From a virus, in the IMG/VR virus record IMGVR_UViG_3300009149_000020, positions 1-64,000 of that record: a stretch of 64,000 bases of DNA; one strand, written 5' to 3'. Under the pieces are notes generated by a model, which was not told the DNA's origin, did not search any database, and saw nothing but the letters and a program-made list of their open reading frames with translations. Shown one piece after another: positions 47,324 to 56,923 of this stretch. Within the stretch, counting starts at the first letter, position 1. Each line of letters begins with the position of its first letter. Position numbers and translations under genes: made by a program.

Positions 47324-48151
47324 ATGCCTAAATTAACATTTTCAACAGATATGCAAAATCGCTTGCCTGAACTAATACGACGTTTAGACATCACACAGTT
47401 TCAACAGCATGCGGTTTATATTAGAGAGCGTTGTAATATTGCGTTTAAACGCCATGGCACCTTATGGCCTAATCTTTTATTTTATGCAGTGGAGCATCAC
47501 GTAGCCTATGGGTCCCGTTATGGACGTAATGTTATGGAGGGGGTGGAATTAATCACGCTTTTAGTTGAGTGGGGCCATAACGTCAACTTAGCAAACAAGC
47601 GTGAAGGCGATAACTTAGCACATCGTATATGCTACAATTCTGAGCATCCTGCAGCGGTACAAATATTAAAACTTTTAGCAAGGCATGGATTGGATCTTCA
47701 TTTAAAAAATAAGATTGGTGCTACCCCTTTATCGAAAACCCTTACTTTTCAGCGCCCTAATCCAGATGTGCTTAGATTTTTATTAGACAAAGGCGCAGAT
47801 GTAACAGTTATGATTAAACCGTATAATAGGAATTTGCTTTATTATTTAATTAGGCATCATCAATATTCCTTTATTGATGAGTTTATTGAAAAAGGCTGTG
47901 ACCTACTACACCAGGATAATAAAAAACAGTTAGCAATTGAGGCATTACTAACTACAAATTACACTTTAGATAAATTGACCGTATTATTTACTATATTTCA
48001 ACGAGTACCTGAAGCTGTGTTGAGACGGTTCTGTTTTTCTGAGAACAAAAAACTTAGGGCTTTTTGTAGTCTTTTAATCCAACTTAGACAGCAAGTTAGG
48101 AACAGTGACGCAAGGGAGGAAAATCAAAATGAGAAAAGTGCTACATATTAA
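47324..48151 (+). CDS. ankyrin-repeat protein with shared C-terminal motif
   Basis: GATPL, LLDKGADV; VPEAVLRRFCFSENKKLRAFCSLL. Confidence 0.85.
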   Translation: MPKLTFSTDMQNRLPELIRRLDITQFQQHAVYIRERCNIAFKRHGTLWPNLLFYAVEHHVAYGSRYGRNVMEGVELITLLVEWGHNVNLANKREGDNLAHRICYNSEHPAAVQILKLLARHGLDLHLKNKIGATPLSKTLTFQRPNPDVLRFLLDKGADVTVMIKPYNRNLLYYLIRHHQYSFIDEFIEKGCDLLHQDNKKQLAIEALLTTNYTLDKLTVLFTIFQRVPEAVLRRFCFSENKKLRAFCSLLIQLRQQVRNSDAREENQNEKSATY

Positions 48152-48578
48152 AAACAAGCATGAAAGGAATGTAGATTTTGAAATAGAAAAGAAAGTTTTA
48201 ATAGGTGTTAAAACTTTTAACTATTCAATTGCATTATTGTTTGAGGACAACGAAGCAATGGTTTTTTCTTATGGAGAGGTTCCTCCAGAAGATTCAGTAT
48301 CTGGTCATGAAGAGTATTATTGGGAATGTGAGGGTCCAAGAAGGCTTTTACATTTGGACGATATACAACATCATGGCCCACTTACACATGACATCGTGCG
48401 ATGTAAAAAATTAGGGATAATTGTAGATGATGATGAAATATTTGAAAAAATTAATAAACTAGAAGAAGCTTACAGAAAGAAAAAAGCAGTGGAGTGCAAA
48501 CAAGCTAGGTACAAGCATTATCTAACACTAAAAAAGGAATTTGAGAATGAGGAAGTTTCGGAGGACACAAATGGGTAA
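48129..48578 (+). CDS. hypothetical protein
   Basis: ATG after GGAGG; RY..YLTLKKEFE tail. Confidence 0.65.
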   Translation: MRKVLHIKNKHERNVDFEIEKKVLIGVKTFNYSIALLFEDNEAMVFSYGEVPPEDSVSGHEEYYWECEGPRRLLHLDDIQHHGPLTHDIVRCKKLGIIVDDDEIFEKINKLEEAYRKKKAVECKQARYKHYLTLKKEFENEEVSEDTNG

Positions 48579-48750
48579 ACTTAAATTTAGTGATGGTATT
48601 GAATTTGAGACTAGTGGTGCCTTTAGAGTAGAAACAAGACATGATGGTCATTATGTAGTTGGACGAGGTTTTTTAATACCTGTCATGTCAGAGGACGAAG
48701 GAAGAGAAAAGATTAAAGACTTAGTGAGGAAGGAGGTTAATAATGAGTAA
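48571..48750 (+). CDS. small hypothetical protein
   Basis: ATG after GGAGG. Confidence 0.6.
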   Translation: MGKLKFSDGIEFETSGAFRVETRHDGHYVVGRGFLIPVMSEDEGREKIKDLVRKEVNNE

Positions 48751-49858
48751 ATCTGCAGAAGTTCCAGCATTGGCTACATGCCCTCTTGTCCGGTTAGGCA
48801 GATTTACTGTAATGGAAACCGTTCATACGTTACGCACCGAAACGCAGTTTACAAGTATTGTTGCTAATCTGGCTAAGCTTAACATCTCTATTGATGACCC
48901 GTTTGTATGGACGTCATCACTTTATACTTTCTTCCATGAAGGGCCTCGTCCCGTGACAAATCTATTAACAGAAGCTGTATCGTCAGGAAATGCTAGTTTT
49001 ACACTATGGTTATTGAATCAAGGTATTAAGCCTAGCATTTATAATACCAAAGGAATTGCCGAGCCATCGCATCTCCTATACAAATTGTTACGTGTTGCTG
49101 GCAGAAGAAGGACTTCCTTAGCCGCACTTATACAAACGTATAAGTTTCTCCTTTCCAAATACAACTTTGATTTTCAAGCACTGGATGCTCCTTACGGTAA
49201 CAAAAAGACATTGCTTCACACAGTATGTGAAATCTCCACAACTCGAGAAAGAGAGCTTGAGGCTTTGATGCAGTTTTTAATTGAAGCAGGGGTTAACATT
49301 AATCAACAAGACTCCGGAGGAAATACCTCATTGCACATAGCAGTAAATACGTCATTGTCTGCTACACGCACTCTATTAAAGTTTTCCCCTGAATTAAACA
49401 TTTTTAATAACTCAGGACAAACACCTTTGTTAAAAGCATGTCAGCTCGGAAGTGACTTAATAGTACCTATACTGTTAGAGGCGGGTGCTGATGTTAATGC
49501 TAAACATAAAAAATCAGGAGCAACACCTTTATCTATCGCCATAGGTAAAAGAAATTGGGAGATGTTTAATTGTTGTATGAAGGCGGGTGCTAATAGTGCG
49601 CAAGCCTTCGAAGGACCGGAAAGTCCTTTAAAAGAAATGTTTAGAAAGACACATAAGAACACGCCTTATGGAGCGACATGTGCTTTTCTTGATTTGATTG
49701 CTGCCCTCCCTGTTGAAATGTTATCAGTAATGTGTTTTGCTAAAGATACTAAAACGAGTACATTAGCAAAAAAGATGCTTGTGTTAAAACAACGTTTTAC
49801 AGAGCACGACGCAGCAAAAGCTACAAAGGAGGATGTCGATGGATTGGCAACCACGTGA
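48743..49858 (+). CDS. ankyrin-repeat protein with shared C-terminal motif
   Basis: GNTSLHIA, GQTPLLKA, GATPLSIA; LPVEMLSVMCFAKDTKTSTLAKKML. Confidence 0.9.
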   Translation: MSKSAEVPALATCPLVRLGRFTVMETVHTLRTETQFTSIVANLAKLNISIDDPFVWTSSLYTFFHEGPRPVTNLLTEAVSSGNASFTLWLLNQGIKPSIYNTKGIAEPSHLLYKLLRVAGRRRTSLAALIQTYKFLLSKYNFDFQALDAPYGNKKTLLHTVCEISTTRERELEALMQFLIEAGVNINQQDSGGNTSLHIAVNTSLSATRTLLKFSPELNIFNNSGQTPLLKACQLGSDLIVPILLEAGADVNAKHKKSGATPLSIAIGKRNWEMFNCCMKAGANSAQAFEGPESPLKEMFRKTHKNTPYGATCAFLDLIAALPVEMLSVMCFAKDTKTSTLAKKMLVLKQRFTEHDAAKATKEDVDGLATT

Positions 49859-50963
49859 GAAGGACATAAAACTTGCATGTAAAGTAGAGTATACACATGG
49901 TGATGGAACAGTACAAACCAAGGATCTTGCTACCTTTATAAGTTGTGGAATACGTTCGTGCTTAGCACCTCAAGGACTTGAGAAGCTCCTCACTGTATTA
50001 AAAGCGCTTGATGTTACAGATGATACACTTAGTTTATGCTATGTTCAACACTATGGTTACATGCCGCTCTTTCAAGTTCTTATAAGGTCAAATGATCCTT
50101 TCACTATTGACTTTTTTGTAAGAAAGGAAACAATTAACCTTGATGATTATCCTGACCTTATTGAGGATATAGGTCGGAATTACACTAACTGGTATCATGA
50201 GCATACTCCTACTGCGCCTGTGCCTACGCTACTGTCCATATTTAAGTATGTAATAGATGAAAGAAAGCATATTAGCTTTGCTACTAAGAAAAGCAAACCA
50301 AAGAAGCTACTTGAGCGGTTGTTAAACTGTACTTATCGTTTACGATTAACGCGTGATGAATGGGTTGAATTATTTGACTATTTTGAAACAAAAGGTTATC
50401 CTTTTGATAAAAAGAATTCATCGGGAACAACACCACTCATGGTTGCATGCGAGGCTAGCAATATAGAGGCAGTCGCAGCACTTATCACAAAAGGAGCTAA
50501 TGTTAACAATGTTAATAGTTCAGGATTGACACCGTTGTTAAAAGCTGTAAAAGTAGATAATCTTACTACAGTTGGGATGCTTCTTGAAGCAGGCGCTGAC
50601 ATAGATAAGACACAAAAAAATTCAGGAAAGTCTGCTCTTGAACTAGCAGTGACTTCAGGCAATACTGAAATGGTTAAGTTGCTTAAACGTTCCGGTGCTA
50701 ACATGCTTGTAGCTTGTGAAGGAAAAAATAATCCGTTTTTTATTAAATCTGATACTTATGGAAAGATTGATTTTGATAAAATACTCAGTTTACTTGAACT
50801 TGCAGCAGACTCCCCTGAAGGGTTGTTAACCGCAATGCTTTTTGCTATTCCTGCTAAAAATAAGGAAGCACGCGATCTTCTTGAAAAGATTTTAAAGATT
50901 AAAAATAGCAACAAGCAAGCTAAGGAGGATACTAATGAGGAAGGCAGTGAGGTGGATGTGTGA
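49839..50963 (+). CDS. ankyrin-repeat protein with shared C-terminal motif
   Basis: GTTPLMVA, GLTPLLKA, GKSALELA; SPEGLLTAMLFAIPAKNKEARDLL. Confidence 0.9.
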   Translation: MDWQPREKDIKLACKVEYTHGDGTVQTKDLATFISCGIRSCLAPQGLEKLLTVLKALDVTDDTLSLCYVQHYGYMPLFQVLIRSNDPFTIDFFVRKETINLDDYPDLIEDIGRNYTNWYHEHTPTAPVPTLLSIFKYVIDERKHISFATKKSKPKKLLERLLNCTYRLRLTRDEWVELFDYFETKGYPFDKKNSSGTTPLMVACEASNIEAVAALITKGANVNNVNSSGLTPLLKAVKVDNLTTVGMLLEAGADIDKTQKNSGKSALELAVTSGNTEMVKLLKRSGANMLVACEGKNNPFFIKSDTYGKIDFDKILSLLELAADSPEGLLTAMLFAIPAKNKEARDLLEKILKIKNSNKQAKEDTNEEGSEVDV

Positions 50964-51543
50964 AAAATGTAAGCAGGAGTTTAGGACTGCCTGTGAGTGT
51001 AATACACATGAACTAACATGTGAGGAGACTCCTGTTGAGTCAGTCCTCGCATCAAAACTTTTGGACATAGAGGATGCTAGAGGTTCGGGAATCATAGGAA
51101 GTGTTATTCCTTATGATCTGATTTTAACCGTAATTGCAACAAGATCTAACGCTCTATATTTTTGTGCGCGGGTAGATGAAATAGCCACATCTTGTGATAA
51201 AAAGCCTATGCGAGCATATCAAGAAGTTTATGTTGAAACAACCGTAGAGGAAATTAGGCAGCTTAACAAAGGTGAAATCTCCTTTTCGTCTATTGTTATG
51301 CATCCTAGGAATTCAATAATAATTATGGAGGAGTCTACAGCACACGATGTAGCAAGCATACATGCTCCTGAAAAGTCAGAACAGCTTCCATTTATTACAA
51401 CTATTTTAAGTTTTCCTAGAGAGTATTTTGGGAGTGAGTTTGATCTTGATAATTATGTTGATAAAGATGACATAGGTTTTATAAACGAGACGTTTGAGGA
51501 TAAGCTTGCGAATATTGAAAGGAGGATCAATGCCGACAGCTAA
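50935..51543 (+). CDS. hypothetical protein with N-terminal C2HC zinc finger
   Basis: WMCEKC..F...EC..HE..C. Confidence 0.7.
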   Translation: MRKAVRWMCEKCKQEFRTACECNTHELTCEETPVESVLASKLLDIEDARGSGIIGSVIPYDLILTVIATRSNALYFCARVDEIATSCDKKPMRAYQEVYVETTVEEIRQLNKGEISFSSIVMHPRNSIIIMEESTAHDVASIHAPEKSEQLPFITTILSFPREYFGSEFDLDNYVDKDDIGFINETFEDKLANIERRINADS

Positions 51544-52183
51544 AAAAGATTTAAAAGAAGGATACATTTATAGAGTGAGAACAAGAAGCATGGGAATGGC
51601 GGCTGTATGGACAGGTGTATCCTTTTTAGGTGTTAGGGAGAAATTTGGAGCTATTTTCTTGTTCGAGGAATTTTGTTACGAGGACGGGCCTCCTTTTGGA
51701 ACAGTTACCTGTCATGAAGAAATCAGAAAATGTGAAGCTCCTTTACGTGTGGATGATAAATGGAACAAGGCTTTAATTAAAATTATTGAGGATGTACACG
51801 ATAGTCTTAAATCCAGAGATTATGTTAGAACACAGAATATGTTATATAGATGGACAGAAGATGCAATAGGATATGTTATGGATTCTAACGAAGCTTTGTG
51901 GGCTTATGGAGGTAGAGTTTTATCAAACCTTTTAGATACTGGTCCTGTTTGTATAGAAGATTATCCTGGCAAGGTAGCAGAGACTATTAAACAAACACGA
52001 GTATTTTATAACATGTCTGTTCAAGAGTTAGCAGAAAAAACTGGGTTAGCAGAAGCTGTTATCTCTGACATTGAAAACCCTAAAAAGGTTAATGATATCC
52101 ATGATATAGCTAAAGTCTGCGCAGAACTAAATCTCAATGTTCTTACAATAGGTATAGCGACTACAAAAGGAGAGGTAACATGA
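51530..52183 (+). CDS. hypothetical protein with C-terminal XRE HTH
   Basis: MSVQELAEKTGLAEAVISDIEN. Confidence 0.75.
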   Translation: MPTAKKDLKEGYIYRVRTRSMGMAAVWTGVSFLGVREKFGAIFLFEEFCYEDGPPFGTVTCHEEIRKCEAPLRVDDKWNKALIKIIEDVHDSLKSRDYVRTQNMLYRWTEDAIGYVMDSNEALWAYGGRVLSNLLDTGPVCIEDYPGKVAETIKQTRVFYNMSVQELAEKTGLAEAVISDIENPKKVNDIHDIAKVCAELNLNVLTIGIATTKGEVT

Positions 52184-53049
52184 GTAAAAAAGAAAAGCAA
52201 CCACAAGTAAAAGAATTAACAAAGGAACAGCAAGCATTGTTCTTTGATTTGCCTGCAAGTACAAAAAGTGCGTTTCTTAGAAGGATGATTTATAGTGCAC
52301 TTGGTAGAAAGGATATCATAGCACTTAAAGAACTTGCATCGTTAGCTGATACATTAGGGTCTAATGTTTTTACACACGCTTCCACTTTAAAAGAAATAGG
52401 ACTCAGAGCCTCTTATGAAACTATACGTTTTTTAATGGAGCATCCTTTTATACAAAAAAATATTAAGAAGGGTAACGCTTTTCCTTTATTAAAAGGAGTG
52501 TGTATTTCAAAGGATACTGAATCACTACATTATTTTGTTGATCACCCTGAACATCCTGTGACACAATTAATTAAGGAAGCAGGTGTAGGTAATCGTATGT
52601 TTGCAAGCTATAATGACGAGCACAGTCCTATAATTGTGGCAGCTAGAGAAAAAGATCTGCATCTTATCAAAAAAATTATTGCAATGTATCCTCCAAATTC
52701 TAGATTCTCTCTTGAAGAAAAAAGTACAATTGTTTTAGACTACTTACGTAGTGCACTCAGTCCTTTGTCAACTGGTCTCACTTCTAAAAAAAAGCAGCAA
52801 GTGAAATCGGAGTGTCTTCGTATTGTTGACGAGATACTTTCTACAATGCATATAGAATTTGAAGAAATTGTAGCCCCTAAATATCATCCACTTACACACT
52901 GGATGCTTCCTTTTGTAGGCGAATTTATTTTTAAAGAAAAGCATTTAGGTATGTTAGCAATGCGTAAAGATTGGCAAGGTGAGGTTGCTAGAGAGCTATT
53001 AGCTAAAAAAGAGGAGAAGACTAATGAAAATCAGAACAGGCTTTATTAG
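52180..53049 (+). CDS. helical hypothetical protein with shared C-terminal motif
   Basis: EIGLRASYETIRFL..LLKGV; KEKHLGMLAMRKDWQGEVARELL. Confidence 0.7.
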   Translation: MSKKEKQPQVKELTKEQQALFFDLPASTKSAFLRRMIYSALGRKDIIALKELASLADTLGSNVFTHASTLKEIGLRASYETIRFLMEHPFIQKNIKKGNAFPLLKGVCISKDTESLHYFVDHPEHPVTQLIKEAGVGNRMFASYNDEHSPIIVAAREKDLHLIKKIIAMYPPNSRFSLEEKSTIVLDYLRSALSPLSTGLTSKKKQQVKSECLRIVDEILSTMHIEFEEIVAPKYHPLTHWMLPFVGEFIFKEKHLGMLAMRKDWQGEVARELLAKKEEKTNENQNRLY

Positions 53050-53539
53050 TAACAGTTCGAGCAGTTCTTTCATTGTAGGAATAGGTATGCATCTATTAGA
53101 TGACATAAAAGATATGGAAAAATTAAAGTACATGCTTTGTGTAGAAGACTGGACAGAAGTTAATCCTTATAACGAGCCTGGAGAAGGTTTACCTATAGAC
53201 GAAGCTATTTCTATTTTACAAAATGACTTAGCGGAGGCTAAAGACGCAACTGAAGAAGAAATAATTGAATTATTATCGCGCAGTTACACATTGCAGTTGT
53301 ATGTTGCTGACAGTAATAACCTAGGTTTAGAGGATACACGAGAACAGCATGCTGCGCGCATTGCTAAAATACGCAAGGATTCTTTAGAGCTTGCTAAAAA
53401 CTATTGGAATAACTACAAGAAAGATAACACAAAGTATTTTATTCTTGACTATGCTGACGACGAAGATGCATGTATGGAACACGGCGGGTTACTTGAGCAA
53501 GGTGCAGGTGTTAGCTGTATTAGAATTTCGAATCATTAA
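53024..53539 (+). CDS. MKxRxGFISNSSS-motif protein
   Basis: MKIRTGFISNSSSSSFIV; C-terminal DACMEH...ISNH. Confidence 0.82.
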   Translation: MKIRTGFISNSSSSSFIVGIGMHLLDDIKDMEKLKYMLCVEDWTEVNPYNEPGEGLPIDEAISILQNDLAEAKDATEEEIIELLSRSYTLQLYVADSNNLGLEDTREQHAARIAKIRKDSLELAKNYWNNYKKDNTKYFILDYADDEDACMEHGGLLEQGAGVSCIRISNH

Positions 53540-53553
53540 GTGAGGAGAAGATA

Positions 53554-53895
53554 ATGAGCAAGGATGATGTATGTACCCCACTAGCTGATTTAGATAGAGT
53601 TGAATTCGTAGATAAATTTAAAAAAGAACTATGCCATAAATGTAGAAGTAACGCAGTTGTTTATTTATTACGTGAAAGAGATAAGGGCTTTATTGCTGGT
53701 AAAGGAAAAGGAAAGCGAGAGGGTAAGCAAAAAATCCTCAATGCTATAGCGATCCCTCTAGCTGAGTTAATTCTTAAGCACGAAGGATTACTTGGACAGT
53801 TATTGCTTGATCCTGATATGACTGATGAAGTTAAATATTTTCTACTCGAACAAAAAAAGTTTTATGACAAGTATCTAAAAAATGTTGTCAAATAG
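53554..53895 (+). CDS. small protein consisting largely of the shared C-terminal motif
   Basis: HEGLLGQLLLDPDMTDEVKYFLL. Confidence 0.65.
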   Translation: MSKDDVCTPLADLDRVEFVDKFKKELCHKCRSNAVVYLLRERDKGFIAGKGKGKREGKQKILNAIAIPLAELILKHEGLLGQLLLDPDMTDEVKYFLLEQKKFYDKYLKNVVK

Positions 53896-53903
53896 GAGTT
53901 AGT

Positions 53904-54311
53904 ATGATTACAAAAAGTATTGATTCTTGCTTTGAGTTTGAATGGACTCCTTTGTATGTTCAAGACGTTTCCACTATTGAAGTAGACCAGAATGAATTAA
54001 CAGACATGTTAAATTTATGGAATAATCATAATAAACATTCTATACCTTACGACCAACATCCTACAGTCTTAGTTACTTGTGATATATTTGCACCAGTAGT
54101 GTCAGATAGTGATTTGGACGACATTTTAGAAGTTATGTGTACATGTGAAAGTTTTATGTTTTTTGTAATAACAGCTGCGAAAGACATAAAAGAAGTTGAC
54201 AACAAAATAATGAAGTCTGATGTTACCAGCAGGTACTTAGGTGGCGGAGATTATTTAGTGAATTTAAATGTATTGTTTATAGCACGACACCGAGATATAG
54301 TAGTTGCATAG
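53904..54311 (+). CDS. hypothetical protein, possibly a degenerate DUF5131 (Gp37/Gp68-like) fragment
   Basis: VLVTCDIFAPVV...ILEVM...FFVIT. Confidence 0.5.
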   Translation: MITKSIDSCFEFEWTPLYVQDVSTIEVDQNELTDMLNLWNNHNKHSIPYDQHPTVLVTCDIFAPVVSDSDLDDILEVMCTCESFMFFVITAAKDIKEVDNKIMKSDVTSRYLGGGDYLVNLNVLFIARHRDIVVA

Positions 54312-54319
54312 GAGAGTTT

Positions 54320-55192
54320 ATGGCATATATTAGTTTCAAAAAACCTAGCACAAAAAAGCATCGACCTAATCTTAAAAGTAAAGATTTAAAAGTGCTTAAT
54401 CACGATACAATTAAACCTTGGATACAAAAGCATTTATATGCGTCTGCGTTAGGGTATGTTAAGAGTCGCTCGAGGGTGAAGGAAGAGTATCCTTCTAAAG
54501 CTACAGATTTGTTTATGCTTTTAAGAACGCTAAAGATTCCTATTAGAGGAAGACTTCTTTTTGCCATTGGAGAAAGAGGCACAGTACAGTTTATAAGCTG
54601 GTTTATTGATGAGATGCAAAACGGGAAACTTTCACACTCGTCAGCCTATCGTATATTAATGGGAATGGTTTACAGTGGAAGGCGTGATGAAATCGCATAC
54701 TTACTTAAAAAATATATACATCTTTTTAAACCTGTATTACACAAACCTTGGAATCAGCACGCTGATGGAGCTATGGGTAACTCCATTTTTTCAGCCCTAA
54801 CTAATGTAAATGGAGGATATCACCCTGATATTAGGGACATCCTAAAAGAAGCGTTTAAAGGTGAAAATATTCCCGAACTATTTCCTAAAAACACTTTCCT
54901 AGAGTTACTAACGTATCGGAAGGTTAAGTGTGCTTTAGTAATACTTGATGTATTAAGCATTAACCCCTTTGTAGACATACCCTCTAAATACTTTGAATTA
55001 GAAGGAAGAGGGAGTAACAACTTTGTAGGTTATGAAAAAGAACTAACTAATGTACTATGCCAGTATATAGTTAACAATTGTGATGAATCTGAAGCAAGTA
55101 TGTTATGTTTTCATAAAAATACAATAATAAAACAGGCTGCTTCTAACGCTCTACTACTTATCAGTAAAGGAGAAAATAATGGAGACGTTTAA
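54320..55192 (+). CDS. helical hypothetical protein with shared C-terminal motif
   Basis: AIGERGTVQFISWF..ILMGM; DESEASMLCFHKNTIIKQAA. Confidence 0.7.
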   Translation: MAYISFKKPSTKKHRPNLKSKDLKVLNHDTIKPWIQKHLYASALGYVKSRSRVKEEYPSKATDLFMLLRTLKIPIRGRLLFAIGERGTVQFISWFIDEMQNGKLSHSSAYRILMGMVYSGRRDEIAYLLKKYIHLFKPVLHKPWNQHADGAMGNSIFSALTNVNGGYHPDIRDILKEAFKGENIPELFPKNTFLELLTYRKVKCALVILDVLSINPFVDIPSKYFELEGRGSNNFVGYEKELTNVLCQYIVNNCDESEASMLCFHKNTIIKQAASNALLLISKGENNGDV

Positions 55193-55847
55193 AGTTCATA
55201 CTAGCTCTTATAAACTTGCTAAACTTGGAAATTTTTTATCATACTTCGATTGTCCTTTTCCTCCAAGAATAAGTGATGGCGCAACATTGTTAGGGGCCAT
55301 CCTCGAATTAATGAAAAGAGGGGCAACTGTTGAATTACCTGAAACATTTAAAACTTCTAAGGATTGGTGGGATAGAGCGGCTTATTGTTTAACAACAGGA
55401 AAGGAGCTTCCAAATGACACATCTAAGTTAGTGAGGTGCGCTTACTTAATGACTTGTCCTGAAGTAGAAGAAGCCAAGCATAATTCTTACGAAGTAATTA
55501 GAGCATTATACTATACAGCAAATAATTGGACAGACCCTGATTGGTTGTTGGATGACTCTGCTAAGATACGTAGACAAGGTGCTGTATTGAGCCCAAGCGT
55601 TGACTTTACCCAAGAGAGTGTAACAACAGCATATATCGCTTTACTTAATGATATTCTTCAAACTACACATGCTAAACGTTTAACTAGTAAAAATGACTTT
55701 AACATTTTACGAACATTACAAAAGCTGGAGAAAGCTATACTTTCGCGTTTACTACTTGAGAATGACAAAATTATACACCCACGTTTTAAAAAAGTTATTA
55801 AAGACATTCTTGACGAAGTACCAGTTGAAAAGATTTTTGGAGGGTAA
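55179..55847 (+). CDS. RxxYY/WxD repeat protein with shared C-terminal motif
   Basis: RALYYTANNWTDPDWLLD; EKAILSRLLLEND. Confidence 0.78.
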   Translation: METFKVHTSSYKLAKLGNFLSYFDCPFPPRISDGATLLGAILELMKRGATVELPETFKTSKDWWDRAAYCLTTGKELPNDTSKLVRCAYLMTCPEVEEAKHNSYEVIRALYYTANNWTDPDWLLDDSAKIRRQGAVLSPSVDFTQESVTTAYIALLNDILQTTHAKRLTSKNDFNILRTLQKLEKAILSRLLLENDKIIHPRFKKVIKDILDEVPVEKIFGG

Positions 55848-55851
55848 GCGT

Positions 55852-56676
55852 ATGGGATGGTTAACCGGAAAGGGTACCGAAGTAGAGAAAAAGGAAAAAA
55901 CAGAAGATGTGTTTGACTATAAGATTAAAAGAGATTCAGACAATTATGTTAACGTTAAACACTATAGGCAAAAGTATTCGCTTAATTATCGAGATAGGTT
56001 TGAGTATTATGCTAATGTAACGGACTGGAAGGACGAAGACGCAAGAGACGATCCTGCAGAAACAGTCAGACGTACTTACTATGATACGTGTGCTTGGAAG
56101 GATGCTTATGCAAAAAAAGATGAGTCTGTAACTATTAGATATACTTATTACAAAAATAATAAATGGAAGGACGCTGATGCAAAAAAAGATGAAAATGCAG
56201 ATATACGTATTTCCTACTATGATGCTCATAACTGGTCTGACTTTGATTGGTATACGGAGACAAACTTATCTGTTATAAACAAAGGTTTTAGCTCCTGCCA
56301 GTCATTCTTAATAAACGACGACTTTATACAATGCTTAGAACTAGTTCTTGTACAGCCACCACCTTATTCTCAGATCGCAGTATGGTTAGGCCCCTTTGAC
56401 CTATATTCTTTATTTAAACTAGTATCTAGGTTATCTGAAGCACTATGTTCTAGATTATTATTTGCTCAGTTGCAAGACGCAACTCGAGAGCTTATTGGAT
56501 TTTTTATGACAATTAAGAATGATGATAAAAAATTTGTACAGTTCTGGCAGATCATTATAGAAGCTAATGATGATCATCCATCTTTAAAGTGTACCTCACT
56601 AGCTACAGCTGTAGCAGAATGTACTGTCGCAGATTTAGAAGAGACGGAGGAAGTGATTGAAGAAACCGAAATATAG
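55852..56676 (+). CDS. 23-aa RxxYY/WxD repeat protein with shared C-terminal motif
   Basis: Four repeats (WKDEDARDD, WKDAYAKKD, WKDADAKKD, WSDFDWY); SEALCSRLLFAQLQDATRELI. Confidence 0.82.
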   Translation: MGWLTGKGTEVEKKEKTEDVFDYKIKRDSDNYVNVKHYRQKYSLNYRDRFEYYANVTDWKDEDARDDPAETVRRTYYDTCAWKDAYAKKDESVTIRYTYYKNNKWKDADAKKDENADIRISYYDAHNWSDFDWYTETNLSVINKGFSSCQSFLINDDFIQCLELVLVQPPPYSQIAVWLGPFDLYSLFKLVSRLSEALCSRLLFAQLQDATRELIGFFMTIKNDDKKFVQFWQIIIEANDDHPSLKCTSLATAVAECTVADLEETEEVIEETEI

Positions 56677-56914
56677 AGTCAAACATATTCTTAAGATAAC
56701 CAAAACTTTGAAGTATGAAAAAGTTGTTACACTGGATGAAGGTATTGCTAGAGTATTAACATTAGTCGGAAAAGATTATGGAACGGCTTCTGTAGTTAGA
56801 GCCAACATTGATTTAGAATTATTAAATGAGCAAGGTAAATGGCAATCGTGGGTTGATGACAATGGTCATGATATTATCGATATATTAAATGTTGAGGTAT
56901 TTGAGAATGTATAA
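56657..56914 (+). CDS. hypothetical protein
   Basis: TTG/GTG start after GGAGG; W.SW.DD.G.DI. Confidence 0.6.
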   Translation: MKKPKYRVKHILKITKTLKYEKVVTLDEGIARVLTLVGKDYGTASVVRANIDLELLNEQGKWQSWVDDNGHDIIDILNVEVFENV

Positions 56915-56923
56915 GGAGGTTAA

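Noticed and set aside
48743-49858. Calling the shared C-terminal motif a true F-box
   Set aside because: Only the LPxE-like start matches in a few members, the downstream F-box consensus is absent, and no Skp1/cullin is expected in a bacterial host; kept as an analogy only.
453-50963. Eukaryotic giant virus or endosymbiont origin suggested by the many ankyrin genes
   Set aside because: Strong Shine-Dalgarno sites, translational coupling, intrinsic terminators and phage-type PolA/UvsY/gp32/YopX/Lar genes indicate a bacteriophage.
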